DNA of 63,922 nt, the filler included, from Raillietiella orientalis (lineage: Eukaryota): assembly GCA_036172245.1 (NCBI GenBank). It is 8 parts of 8 records of this genome, joined end to end, with 100 filler letters (N's around TTAATTAATTAA, not from the genome) between each part and the next. Parts side by side here need not be neighbours in the genome. Positions count along the whole stretch, not along the records: positions 1 to 9,121 come from JAYWIR010000284.1; positions 9,222 to 18,331 come from JAYWIR010000285.1; 6 more parts are not named here. One strand, 5' to 3'. The position numbers and the translations under genes are program-made. Below are positions 1 through 11,411 of the stretch, piece by piece (within the stretch, counting starts at the first letter, position 1; the number at the start of each line of letters is the position of its first letter). Below the pieces are notes generated by a model. The model did no database searches, was not told the origin of the DNA, and saw only the letters and a program-made list of their open reading frames with translations.

Positions 1-209
1 TAGCTGCCACCCGGTCACGCCGGGGCGTTTATTAAAAATTTTCTTTGATTCCTGCTACGAGGCCTTACTACGGCCAACTCAACTGGACCTGCCGGGTCGC
101 CGGTACGCAGACCGGCGCGACTCTCCTCGGCAGCGGAAGGGGGTGGGGGAAAAAACAAAAAGAAAAATAAAACATAAAAACAAAAAGATTTGGGAGGGTT
201 GGGGAGGGA

Positions 210-3200
210 TCACTGACCATTGGGAGGAGGGTGCATCGTTCGCAGGATGCCCTCGAGGTCCGTCCGTATAATTCCCAGGTGGGGCCATCTGGTCGCAATT
301 CCCAGGTAGCGGACTGCAAGTACGACGGCATCCCTGTCGTGGCTCGGTCTTCCGAGGTTGCTCCAGCACGTCACAATCCCGCGTCCGCAGCAAAGTGCAG
401 CCAGGGTAGCGGCTGGACGCAGGGCATCATGCACGAACAGAAGCCGACAAACGTCTCTGGGCTGGCTGCCCTCCTGGATCCGTAGGGAGGCACGAAAACG
501 TTCCCACAGGGGTCGAAGGGCAGCACAATCAAAAAGGCGGTGGGGGAGAGATTCCCGTTCCCCACACCTGATGCAGGTAGGATCTACTCGACCCCTGGTC
601 CAGTGGTGGCGGCGTGCGTCGCAGGGTAGACCCCAATGCAACAACAGAAGCGCCGACTCCTGCCACTTCAGGGGGAGGATCCTAAAACCAATTAATACCG
701 GGGGCCACTTCAGGTCATCCGGCTGGATGCCGAGTAGCTCGCCCCATCTCTGGAGTCCTCTCGGCTGGACACTAGGGGTACTGGCGTCCGCCAGTTCACC
801 GGTGGACCAGCCTCTGATCAACTTCTCCTTGCCTGCGATGCGGCAGGAGAATTGCCACCTAGGCTTGCGGCTGCTGGAGAGCGCCCTCCTCCGGAAGGGC
901 ATCGCCGTAGCTAGGGGGGTTGTCTCTGTCCACGTGCTTCTCGCGGTACACTGGAGTATCTTCCGCAGAGTGCAGCGGGAATAGGCGCCGCGTCGCAGGC
1001 AGTTCCACATCTCTCCGTTCTTCTGGTTTATCTTCGCCCACGTGCCAGCGGTCTCCTCCAGCCATGCGGAGGAGTTGGAGGGGCTGCATTCCATCCAGCC
1101 GTTTTCCTTTGCCAGGGTTGCCATGCGTCCGAGGAGGAGTCCGCATCTCTTGATCTTCGAGCCGCGGCACAGAAGATGAGACGCGAGACCCTCCGTTCCG
1201 GATACACGGCTGGCAAGGAGTCGGGCCGGAACGCACCATGGGGTGCTCCATAACTTCGCTGCGATGGCCAGGGTGCGCCATCGCAGCTGGATTTCTACTC
1301 TCTCCACCGTCAAGAGGCCCAGACCGCCATCCCGACGTGGAGCACACAAGTCCTTCAGCTGGACTCGGGGCCTCCCTCTTCCCCAAAGGGCAATCCTCAG
1401 GAGGTCCTTCGTCCTTTTCTTCATGTCTCTGGGGACGAAGCAAACAAAAAGCAGGGGGCGGAGGATGGGAGCCGCAAAGGAGTTCCACACCGCGGCCCAT
1501 TCCGGAAGCAGGAACTTGTCTTCCAAGAACGGGCCGATCGCCGTTTCCACTTTTTGGAGGCAGCCGGACCACGCATCCGAAGGGGAGTAATCCCCCAACG
1601 GCACACCGAGGTACTTCAAGCACCTCGCCGAGAAGATCCTCAAACGGACTCAGTCCTGCTGCCCAGCCCACGTCGCACCGACTGGCACCACCGACGACTA
1701 CGCCTTGTTAACCTGCAGTTCGGTTCCGCGGTTAAGCAGGTCGACGAAATCCTCGACTGCCTTTGCCGGGGTGGACATCGGCAACAAGAGCAGAAGATCG
1801 TCGGCGTACGCTGCTACGGCGGGCGTGCCGGGGCACGAGCTCGGCAAGGAAGCCAACGTCACCCTATACGCTCTCAGCACCAACTCAAAGTAGGTGCTAA
1901 AGAGCAGGGGACTGAGGCTGTCACCCTGCAGTATGCCCCGCCGTACCGGCACGCCGTACGCCATTTGACCTCTGAAAGAGATATTGATCAGCGCGCTGCG
2001 CCAGCAAGAGCGCAGGTAGGTCAGTAGGGAGGGAGGGAAGCCCATGCGTCCCAAAAGCTCCAGCAGGAGATCCTGATCCACGCAGTCAAACGCTTTATGC
2101 AGATCGACCGCGATCGCTAGGGCTCCCTTCCCCACCTGGGAGTCCTGTCCCTGCCCGGCTGACGCCCCCAAAGCGGGGCTGCCAATCCTTCCCTCTTCCT
2201 TTTCTTCACTACTCTGCACATGAAACCATGTGCTCGCGAAGAAGAAGTTGGCCTCCATACTTCGCCCGGGAACAGCGTAAGTCTGCTTCGGGCTAATTAT
2301 GGAATTGGCCACCTGCCCCAGACGCGAAGCCCACAGTCCGGCGATCAGCTTGGCGTCCGTGTTCACAATTGTGATCGGACGTCAGTTGCTGAGTTTTTTG
2401 AGGTCTCCTTCTTTCGGAAGGAGCCTCACTCTGGCTGACCAAAACGAGGCGGGTACATCGCCTTCATCTCGGATCAGCCTTGTCAACTGAAGCACCAGGG
2501 GTGTCAACTCTGCCGCGAAGCATTGAAAAAACTCCGCAGGCAGGCCGTCCTCCCCTGGTGCTTTCCGCCTTTTGAGCCTTTTGCTACCGGCGAGAATTTC
2601 GCGGGTGGTAAAAGGCTCGTCGAGGCTTTCCTTCTCCTTCTCCCCTATTGCCGGGGCACCGTTCGGAAGCAAGCGCCGAGAGGCATTTGGGTCCGGGGGC
2701 GCCCTGGCGTAAAGGAAGGAATAATACCGCCGCACGAGGTGCCGTATTCTAGCCGGAGCCGAGTGCTCCCGGCCCTGGTCGTCCAGCAAGCTGGCCGATC
2801 CGGATAGCCAGGCTTGACGTTCGGCCCCGGCTCGGTACTCTGCCAGGCTACGGACATTACGGATCCTCGCGTAACGACGGGCATACAAGTACGCTCGTTC
2901 GTTACGGATCCCCTCCCCAAATCCCCGGGGCAGGAGGTGCAAGGATAACTACTCGCAAAACTCGCGCACCGAGGCCTCAAAAAGGTCCCAAACATTGAGA
3001 TTGCCGAGGGTGACGCCTCTCAGGATTTCGCTAAGGTGTTTCTTCGCATCTAAGAGGCGCGTCCAGTCCCCAGGCAACCGCCACGCCCTGGACGGGGGTC
3101 CCTTGTCGCGCGGGCACACCTCGAATATCAATCTGGAATGGTCAGACAGTTCCGACGCAACTTTCCCTTGTTTGCCGACCCGCGAGCACAGGTCGACGTC

Positions 3201-3935
3201 CAGGAGGACGTGGTCGATGCTGCTGACCATTTCCGGGAGTTCCCCTAACAAGTTACGCGTGCGCACGGCGGCGCACAACTCGTTAGCCGTCCGTTCCTGT
3301 GTGCGTGGCTCACCTGATAGCAGGCGGAGATTGAAGTCTCCCGCTATCAGGTGAGCCACGCGCACGTTCGCTTCCACCAGCCAGTCGTGCTTCAGGCTTT
3401 CCAGGAACGCCGCGCGTTCCCGGTACCTGTTATAACCGCTCGGGGCGTATACGTTTGTTACGACGAGGTCGATCGTGTCGGACCATCTGAGAATCAGCTG
3501 GCCGACACGACCGGCTTCGTCGAAGCGCACGCCCTTCACGGCAGCGTCGACCGCCGGCTTCATGAAAAACGCGACGCCGCAGGTGTATCGGGTGCCGCAT
3601 TGCCACACCAGCCGCCCCCCTGCGATCCTCTCGATCTCCTGAGCGTTCTCCCCGGTGATCACGTGGATCTCCTGCAGGAGTGCCAGGTCGAAGTCACGCA
3701 GGGTGCCTGCCGTGTCCCGTCTGTTGCTGTCGTCGCGCAGCCCGTGGACGTTCCAACATGCCACACGCAATCGACGGCGACAGGCGAGCCCAGGAGTTAT
3801 TCCCGGGAAAGTGGCAATGGGGCTCCCGCCACCTGGTCGGCCGGGACCGATGGAGGCATGGAGGCACCGCCCAGCGGTTCTCCCACCTCCATGGGGGCCG
3901 ATTCCTCGGCGGACCGCAACGGTTGAAGGGAGCAT
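210..3935 (-). pseudogene. ORF2 (APE endonuclease + reverse transcriptase + zinc finger) with three in-frame stops
   Basis: ORF fragments 2949-3935, 2382-2942, 1698-2366 and 210-1643 share one frame, separated by TAG (2949), TGA (2382) and TAG (1698). ORF2 overlaps ORF1 by ~139 nt in the -1 frame. Confidence 0.9.
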
Positions 3936-5817
3936 GCTTCACGCACCTGCTTCCCCTCTTCCATGGGGGCCGATTTCTTGGCTGCGTTGGACGGTACGGG
4001 GGAGCGGTTCACATCTGTCTGCTCTTCCTCTTCCATGACCATCTCCTCCGCAGGCTCCACCGGTGGAAGGGGGAGGCAATGCCCTACCTGCTCCCCCTCC
4101 TCCATGGGGGTGGCCAACTGCTCGGTGGCGGAGTGTGGGAAAATTCCTCCCTCCGTTCCAACGCTGCCGGCTTCCCCCTCGGCTGCCGGTGCGTCCCCCT
4201 CGCTCTTCGTCGGGATGCGCCTCTTTGGATTCTTGGACTTCCGTCCAGTCTTCTTCGGAGGCGCCTCCGTGGAGGAGGACGCACTTCCGGTATCCGGGTC
4301 GTGGTCACCTGTCGGAGGTGCCCTGGTCGCGGCCGGCCTTCGCAAGGCCTTTCGCGCGCCGTTCTCACGGTCGGCGAGTTCGGCCGCGAGCTCTTCCGCC
4401 GCCTCCTGGAAGGCGGCCTCGTCGATCGCGGCGAGCGCGTCGCGCGGTTCCCCCTCTGTTTGTACAGAGGGTTCGCCTTCCGTGATCGCGTTATCGTCGG
4501 CGTCGACGCGGGGGATATCTCCCCCGGTGGCGGTCTCGGGTACCTCCACACGCTCCAAAGCGACCGAACATTCGCGGATCAACGCGCGGCGTTGTCTCCT
4601 ATTTAAAGGAGACGTCGCGGGTTCCGCTGTCGACCCTTCGGTTTTCTTAATTTTCTTGGCTTTAGGCTTCGCCTTCTGCCAGCCTTCGCTCTTTTCAGCG
4701 TCGTCGGTAGATTCCACGACCGGCGTTTGCTGCACGAGCTCGGGCTCCGGCTGTGGGTTCCGTCTCACGGGTGCCTTCGCAGGCTTTTCCGTAGCCCCCG
4801 CGCGTTTCCCTTTGGCCTTTTTCAAGGCAGCGGGATCCGGGGGTTCGCGCTTAGGGCACACTTTGCGGAGGTGGCCCTTCTCTCCACAGAGGAAACACTG
4901 GATCTGAGGGCACCGCTTTTTCAGGTGCCCTGTGGCATCACAGTGTCCACAGTACTTGGGCTTGCCCACGTACCAGACGTCGACGGTCTCGTTGCCGACG
5001 TGTAGTTTGTGGGGTAGCCCACCGTTTTCGTGGACGGTCACACGCGCACCAGCCATGCCACTAAACAATCTTCCGTAACTCTGGAAGACGTTGGGCTTGG
5101 TCCATAGCGCGTGAACCGTTGCGTATTTTCCGAGTTCCTCCTGCACGTCGGCTTTCGACATGCGGAGGGTGACTCCCGTGAGGCGCGTCACCATAGAGCG
5201 ATCCTCCGTTACCGGGAAAACCTTTCGGCCTTCCAGTGTGATTGGCGTATTCAGGAGGTGTTGAGCAAGGCTTGCATTTCCGCAAGTCACCTCCACCCGT
5301 TGACCACCACTCAACACGGAAAGACCTTCCAGGTCTTCCTCTTTTACATTCAGCCGCTGCAACTCCCTTTCGAAGTTGCGAGCGGTGTTCCCCACAAACA
5401 GATTGCCTACCTTGTATATCAGGGACGGCTTGTATCCCTGCTCTAGGTAGGCTTTCTGCTTTGCGAGGGCTGCAGGAGATGGGACTGCAGCCACTGAAAT
5501 CCAGGTCTTCGGCGATGCCGAAGACGCATTCGAGGGTGCAGGTGCTCCCTTTTTCAAGGAGGCGGTTGCGCCTTTTTCCAGGGTTGCGGTTGTCCCCTTT
5601 TTCAAGGGGGCGGTTGCACCCTGTTCCAGCGGGGCTTTTGCCCCCTTTTTCAAGGGGGCCTTTGCCCTCGCTTCCGAGGCGTTAATTGCCCCCTTTTTCA
5701 GGGGAGCGGCTGCCGTCCCCTCCGTGGGAGCGGTTGCCCCACCTCCGTGGGATGGGGAGAGGAGCAAGCCTCTCCCCCTCCTATATCCATCGCGGTGTCC
5801 TCAGACATTTCTGCCAT
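3797..5817 (-). CDS. Retrotransposon ORF1 (Gag-like nucleic-acid-binding protein)
   Basis: 656-aa open frame with CGHCDATGHLKKRC and CFLCGEKGHLRKVC knuckles. The likely true ATG is at 5817 (MAEMSEDTAM...), offset by an apparent 1-nt loss in a G run near 5737-5740. N-terminal APLKKGA repeats and C-terminal PMEEG repeats are present. Confidence 0.85.
5541..5710 (-). repeat. Imperfect 24-bp tandem repeats in ORF1 encoding (A/T)APL(K/E)KGA
   Basis: Repeated cccctttttcaagggg-type units on the + strand; translation reads APLKKGA.APLKKGAKAPLEQGATAPLKKGTTATLEKGATASLKKGA. Confidence 0.8.
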
Positions 5818-5906
5818 TGGACACCGCAGATGCTTCACACACAAACACAATCGAAATCAACCGCTTTACACCGGGCGCGGAGGAGCGCTACAAGAACACG
5901 TCCGCA

Positions 5907-8268
5907 CGTCAAGTTGATAGCAGGGCTATGGGCTTCGCGTCTGGGGCAGGTGGCAGAATCCGTAATTAGCCCGGAGCAGACTTATGGTGTTCCTCGGCGA
6001 AGTATGGATGCCAACCTCTTCTTCGCAAGCACATGGGTGCACCTGCAGAGAAGAGAGAAGAAAGGGATAGGGAAAGTCGGCAAACCCACATTGGGGCCGC
6101 CAGCCGGGCTGGGAAGGGAACCCCGGGCGGAAAGGGGGCCCTAGCGCTCGCAGTCGATCTCCACAAGGCGTTCGACCGTGTAGACCAGAAACTCCTCTTG
6201 GAGCTCCTGGGTCGCATGGGCTTCTCACCTGCCCTGATTTCCTACCTGCGCTCTTGCTGGCGGAATGCGATGAATACCGTCTCTTGCAGTGGTCACAAGG
6301 TGTATGGCGTGCCGGTGCGGCGGGGCATAAGGCAGGGAGATAGCCTCAGCCCCCTGCTCTTCAGCACCTACTTTGAGTTGGTGCTGAGAGCGTACAGGGT
6401 TACTTTGGCCCCATTGCAGAGCTCGTGCCCCGGCACGCCCGCCGTAGCAGCGTACGCCGACGATCTTCTGCTCTTGTTGCCAATGTCCACCCCGGCAAAG
6501 GCGGTCGCAGACTTCTTCGATCTGCTCAGCCGCGGGACCGGACTGCAGGTTAACAGGGCGAAGTCGTCGGTTGTGCCAATAGGTGCGGCGTGGGCAGGGC
6601 AGCAGCACTGGGTCCGTCTGGGGATCCCCACGGCGAAATGCTTCAAGTACCTTGGTGTGCCGTTGAAGGACTACTCCCCTGCGGAAGCGTGGTCCAGCTG
6701 CCTCCAAAAAGTTGAGACGGCGATCGGCCCGTTCCTGGAAGGCAAGTTTCACTTGCCGGAACGGGCCGCGGTTTGGAACGCCTTCGCGGCCCCCATCCTC
6801 CGCCCTTTGCTTTTTGTTTGCCCTCCCACCGTGGAATCCAAGAAGAGGACGAAGGACCTCCTCCGTATCGCCCTTTGGGGCAAGGGGAGGCCCCGAGTCC
6901 CACTGAAGGACTTGTGCGCTCCGCGTCGGGACGGCGGTCTTGGCCTCCTGACGCTTTAGCGCGTGAAGAAGCAGCTGCGGTGGCGAACCCTCGCCATCGC
7001 AGCGAAGATGTGGTGCACCCCTTATTGCACTCCAGCCCGCCTCCTGGCCAGCCGTGTGTCCCGGTGCGATGGACTCGCGTCTTTTCTTCTCAGCCGTGGC
7101 CGGAAGATGCGAAGATGCGGCCTACTGCTCGGGCGCATGGCAACATTGGCCAAGGAGAACAGCTGGATGGTTTGCTGCCCCGCCAACTCCCCCGCCTGGC
7201 TGGAGGAAAATATTGGAACGTGGGCAGTGGTTAACCAGACAAGCCACGAGACGTGGAATCGTCTCCGATGCAGCCCCTACGCCCGCTGCACGCTGCGGAA
7301 TCTCCTGGAGAGTCCAGCAAGATGCACGTGGGCAGAGACGACCTGTCTAGCTACGGCGCTGCCCTTCCTGAAGAGGGCACTTCACAGCAGCCGGACGCCA
7401 AGGTGGCAAGTCTCCTGCTGCATCGAGGGACGCGAAAAGTTGATCAGCGGCTGGACAACAGGAGAACTAGCAGACGCCACGACTCCGAGCGTCCAGCCGC
7501 GAGGACTAAGAAGATGGGGCGTGCTGCTGGCCATCCCTATGGATGTGCTGAAGTGGCCCCCGCTTCTTCAGGAATCCAGGATCCTGCCCCTTAAGTGGAA
7601 AGAGTCGGCGTTGCTGTTGTTGCATTGGGGTTTACCCTGCAACGCACGCCGCTCTCACTGGACAAGAGGAGTTGTGGATCCTGCGTGTGTCAGGTGCGGA
7701 GAGCGGGAATCGCTCTCCCACCTTATTGTGGACTGTGCTGCCCTTCGTCCCCTTTGGGAACGGTTCGGGACGACCCTCGGGCTCCCTACGGACAGCACCC
7801 CCAGAGAAGTTCTTCGGCTCCTCTTCGTGAAGGACGCACTGCAGCCAGCCGCAGCCATCGCAGCCTTGTGCTGCGTCCGTGGCATCGTGGCGGCATGGAA
7901 CGACGCCAACAACGGAGGAGTGGGTCCACAGGCGAGGGATGTCATCCCGTATGCCCAACGCTTCTTGCGGAGAGCTGCTGGATGGCCCCAACTGGGGAAT
8001 ATACGGATGGACCTCGATGGCTTTCTCCAACGGATGGGCCCTCCTCTCAGCGAACAGTGATCCCTTCCCTGCCCCCCAACCTCATTTGTTTGTTAGCCTT
8101 TTTGTTTTTATTTTTTTTTTCCCCCATCCCCTTTTGCTGCCGGGGAGTGCCACGCCGGGCTGCGTCCCGGCGTCCTGGTAGGACCCGTGCATAAGGCCGT
8201 GAGCGGGGCCTGGTACCGCAATTGTAGAGTTTTTTATAAATAAACGCCCCGGGCGTACCCGGGTGGCA
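5907..8268 (+). mobile_element. Tx1-like retrotransposon copy B: RT to 3' end, decayed
   Basis: Begins at VKLIAGLWASRLG and is colinear with copy A ORF2 (DLHKAFD, YADD, CVRCGERESLSHLIVDC). It has a frameshift near 6120-6135 and a TAG at 6957. The 3' UTR is homologous to copy A's. Confidence 0.92.
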
Positions 8269-9121
8269 ACGCCGAATCCCCGGGGCAGACGTTGCACAGG
8301 GAACTGTTCGCAGAACTCCCGGACCGAGTCCTTAAATAGGTTTCAATCCGCGAGACTCTGGAGGCTGACGCCTCGCAGGAATTCGCGAAGATGTTCTTTC
8401 GTTCCTGACAGGCGCGTCCAGTCCCCTGGCATACGCCAATCCCTGGATGGCGGTACCTTGTCGCGCGGGCGCATCTCGAATACTAACCGGGAATGGTCCG
8501 ACAGCGTCGATTCAACTGTCCCTCGTTTTCCGACCCGTGTGCACAGGTCTTCGTCGAGGAAGACGTGGTCCACGCTGCTGACCATCCCGCTTGTTTCTGT
8601 CAACAAGTTGCGCGCGCGCATGGCGGCGCACAACTCGTTGATCGCGTTACCCTGTGCTCCGGGCTGATCTGAGAGCAGACGGACGTTGAAATCCCCTGGT
8701 ATCAGATGCGCCTTTCGCACGTCCGCGTCCACCAGTCATTCGCGCTTCAAGGTTTCCAGTAACGCATTGCGCTGCTGGTATCCCCGTTTACCGCTAGGAG
8801 CGTACACATTGGTGACGATGAGGTCGATCGAATCGGATCATCTGAGAATCAGTTGGCCGATCCGTCCGTCGTCCCCAAAGCGCACGCCCTTCACGGCCTC
8901 GTTAATGGCTGGCTTTAGGAAGAACGCGACACCACAAGTGTTGCGGGCGTCGCATCGCCAGTACAACCGCCCTCCCGCAATCGTTTCGATCTGCTGGGCG
9001 TCTTTTGCGGTGATCACGTGGATCTCCTGCAAAAGTACCAGGTCGAAATCTCGCAAGGTGGCGGCTGTATCTCGTCTGTTTACGTCGTCGCGCAGCCCGT
9101 TAACATTCCAACTGGCCGCGC
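8269..9121 (-). mobile_element. Tx1-like retrotransposon fragment C: endonuclease domain, decayed
   Basis: Translates to WNVNGLRDD, LQEIH, NVYAP, GDFN, VDH, SDH ... LPRGFG, homologous to copy A 2920-3770. Three in-frame TGA codons. Cut by the contig end. Confidence 0.9.
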
Positions 9122-9221
9122 NNNNNNNNNNNNNNNNNNNNNNNNNNNNNNNNNNNNNNNNNNNNTTAATTAATTAANNNNNNNNNNNNNNNNNNNNNNN
9201 NNNNNNNNNNNNNNNNNNNNN
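9122..9221. other. Artificial contig linker (N44-TTAATTAATTAA-N44)
   Basis: The same 100-nt spacer with stops in all six frames recurs at 18332, 27496, 36409, 44740, 52976 and 61141. Confidence 0.98.
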
Positions 9222-9454
9222 TTAGCGTGAATATAACGTATGAGTCATCCGTTGTTGGTATTGTGTATTATATTGATGATTGATGAAAAGGCTTCTGAGG
9301 TGTGGGGGGTGTAGTGCATGGAGATAATAATGCCTGTAATTAGTTGAGTAATTAAAAGGATTCCTATTATAGAGCCTAGATTTCATGAGTAGGAAATATT
9401 TGATGGTATGGGTAAATTGATTATATGTTTGAGTTTTTTATTAAGGTTTGTTAT
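9222..9454 (-). CDS. cob: Mitochondrial cytochrome b, 5' part
   Basis: In invertebrate mitochondrial code: INLPMPSNISYSWNLGS...GIIISMHY...NGWLMRMFHA. Confidence 0.93.
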
Positions 9455-9888
9455 TATAGGAGGGAACGGAGTGGTGCTTTATTTTGTAAGGTTATGTATG
9501 GAATAATGATTAATGTTAATATTAGGAAGGATATGAGAAATCAAGTTATTGGAATGTTAAATAGTGATAATATAATTTTTGATGTATATGATGAGGAGGG
9601 AAAGGTAGGCTGGAATGAATGAGGTAAGAGGAGTAGTAGGGGAGTGAGGATGAGTGGGGTTTTGTTGAATGTAGATAGTTCATTATATGTTAGGGATGTT
9701 ATGTAAGAGAAGATGATTAAGATTCCTCCGACGTAGATGAGAAATATGATAATGGCGTATCATGATGACATAGAAAGAAGGTTGATAGTGATGGCAATGG
9801 TTAATGAAGTTATTGCGAGAAATAAAGCTATAATTATTGGGTTTGTATATGAGCAGTAGAGGAGTGATGTAATTGTAATTATGAGTAT
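9454..9888 (-). CDS. nad6: NADH dehydrogenase subunit 6
   Basis: SSWYAIIMFLIYVGGILIIFSYMTSL motif, C-terminal APLR, and position next to cob. Confidence 0.9.
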
Positions 9889-9957
9889 GCAAGGGGTTAA
9901 TGACTATGCTCTGGAGATTTATTGATAGATAGTCCAGGACTAAAATTAGTGGTAGAA

Positions 9958-10233
9958 ATAGGTATAGTAATTGTATTTATATTAGGTTTATGGAGATTCT
10001 TTATGAATAAGCGGCATGTTTTAAGAAGGTTATTGAGGTTAGAAATGATAATGTTAGGTGGTTTGGGTTATTTTTTTTTGGAGGAGATAAGTGTAAGCGG
10101 TAGTGGGCATGAAATTTTGTTTATAATGGTGTCGAGTATTTGTGAGGGGGCTATGGGGTTGTGTTTGATTGTTCTTATTAGTCGAAGTGTTGGTAGTGAT
10201 TATTGTAAATCTATTAGTATTATTGGATGTTAG
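9958..10233 (+). CDS. nad4L: NADH dehydrogenase subunit 4L
   Basis: KRHVLSSLLSLE...ICEGAMGL...SRSVGSDY; overlaps nad4 by the typical ATGTTAG. The start is approximate. Confidence 0.9.
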   Translation: MGIVIVFILGLWRFFMNKRHVLRRLLRLEMIMLGGLGYFFLEEISVSGSGHEILFIMVSSICEGAMGLCLIVLISRSVGSDYCKSISIIGC

Positions 10234-11357
10234 GAATTATGGTGTTTATGTTATTTATGAGGGTAGGTATTGGGTATGGCTGGGGGATGGTGTGTTGGGG
10301 TATTATGTTTTTGTGAGTTATGGGGTGTATATGTAAGGAGCAATGTTTGGGTGGGGGTGGCATGGTTGATAGGGTGAGATATTGCTTGTTATTGATAAGT
10401 GTGGTGTTGTTTTTTTTAGTGATGCAAAGTAGTACGGGTGTTAATGGGGAAGTGGCGTTGAAAGTGGCGGTGTTGATTTTGGGTGTGTTTGTAATTTACA
10501 GGTTTGTGAGAGTTGATTTTTTTATGTTTTATGTGTTTTTTGAAGGTAGAATAATTCCTATGGTTTTAATTGTTGTTTGATGGGGCTATCAAAGGGAGCG
10601 GTTTAGAGCTAGTGTTTATATATTTGTTTATACGGTTTTTATGTCTTTGTGATTTTTAATTGGTATTGTTAATTTTGTAGATGATAGATTAGTTGTTAGA
10701 ATATTGGACGAAAAATGGGGTTGGAAGGTTTAGTATTGGTGGGGGTTTTTTTTGTAAAATTGCCAGTTTATGGAGTTCATTTGTGGCTTCCAAAGGCTCA
10801 TGTGGAGTCTATTTCTTATGGTTCTATAATTCTTGCTGGAGTTATGTTGAAATTAGGGGGTTATGGAATAGTACGATTGTTTGTAAAGTATAATTATGGG
10901 GTTATAAGATTGTGACTGATGGGGGTGAGAATAGTGGGTGGTGTAGTAAGTGGTTTAATGTGTTTTCGACAAGTAGATTATAAAGTAATTATGGCTTATT
11001 CATCAATTTGTCATATGAGAGCAATCGTAGGAGGGAGATTAGTAGGAGGTGAGATGGGTTTAATAGGGTGTGTTTTAATGATGGTGGCACATGGATATGT
11101 ATCTTCTGGTTTATTTTTTATTAGTGGTTTAGTGTTTGAGTTATTGGGGAGACGGTCGATGTACTTGAGGGGTGGAATGAGGTTGAGTTGTAGTAGGATA
11201 GGAGGTTTGATTATGGTATTGTGTTTTTTAAATATATCATGTCCTTTAAGATTGGGTTTGTTAGGTGAAATTATAATGTATATGGGGATGGTGAATGTGG
11301 TGATGTATGTGGTGTTGTATTTAGGTATTATTACTATAGTTATATTTTTATGTTGAT
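10227..11357 (+). CDS. nad4: NADH dehydrogenase subunit 4 (frameshift near 10700, shortened)
   Basis: [46 protein letters not shown] and AHGYVSS motifs. Confidence 0.92.
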
Positions 11358-11411
11358 GTCAAGATAGTTTAATAAGAATAACGATTTGTGGTATCGTAGG
11401 TAGTTGTTGGC
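11358..11411 (+). tRNA. trnH: tRNA-His(GUG), T-armless
   Basis: Anticodon arm ACGAT-TTGTGGT-ATCGT, lying between nad4 and nad5. Confidence 0.85.

Larger units (their letters stand above)
5..5906 (-). mobile_element. Near full-length Tx1/L1-clade non-LTR retrotransposon (copy A), decayed
   Basis: ORF1 has two CCHC knuckles. ORF2 has an APE endonuclease (WNVHGL, LQE, NVYAP, GDFN, IDH, SDH), an RT (KAPGEDG, DLHKAFD, GILQGDSLSPLLF, YADD) and a C-terminal CCHC. The 3' UTR has a T-rich tract and AATAAA. Confidence 0.92.

Noticed and set aside
231..6144. Many GC-rich antisense and alternate-frame ORFs over the retrotransposon
   Set aside because: Shadow ORFs of GC-rich ORF1/ORF2 with no motifs.
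5..9121. Tx1-like elements as U2-targeting Keno
   Set aside because: Neither 3' end is followed by U2 sequence, and the U2 insertion in contig 8 has an RLE rather than an APE endonuclease.
9122..9221. TTAATTAATTAA motif inside N runs (seven times)
   Set aside because: Artificial linker. Adjacency between contigs has no biological meaning, so no cross-contig system is inferred.
9889..9957. Possible trnT/trnP between nad6 and nad4L, and trnK after trnR (12900-12980)
   Set aside because: Only fragments such as TGGAGATT and GTCTCTTA are visible, with no convincing anticodon stems.
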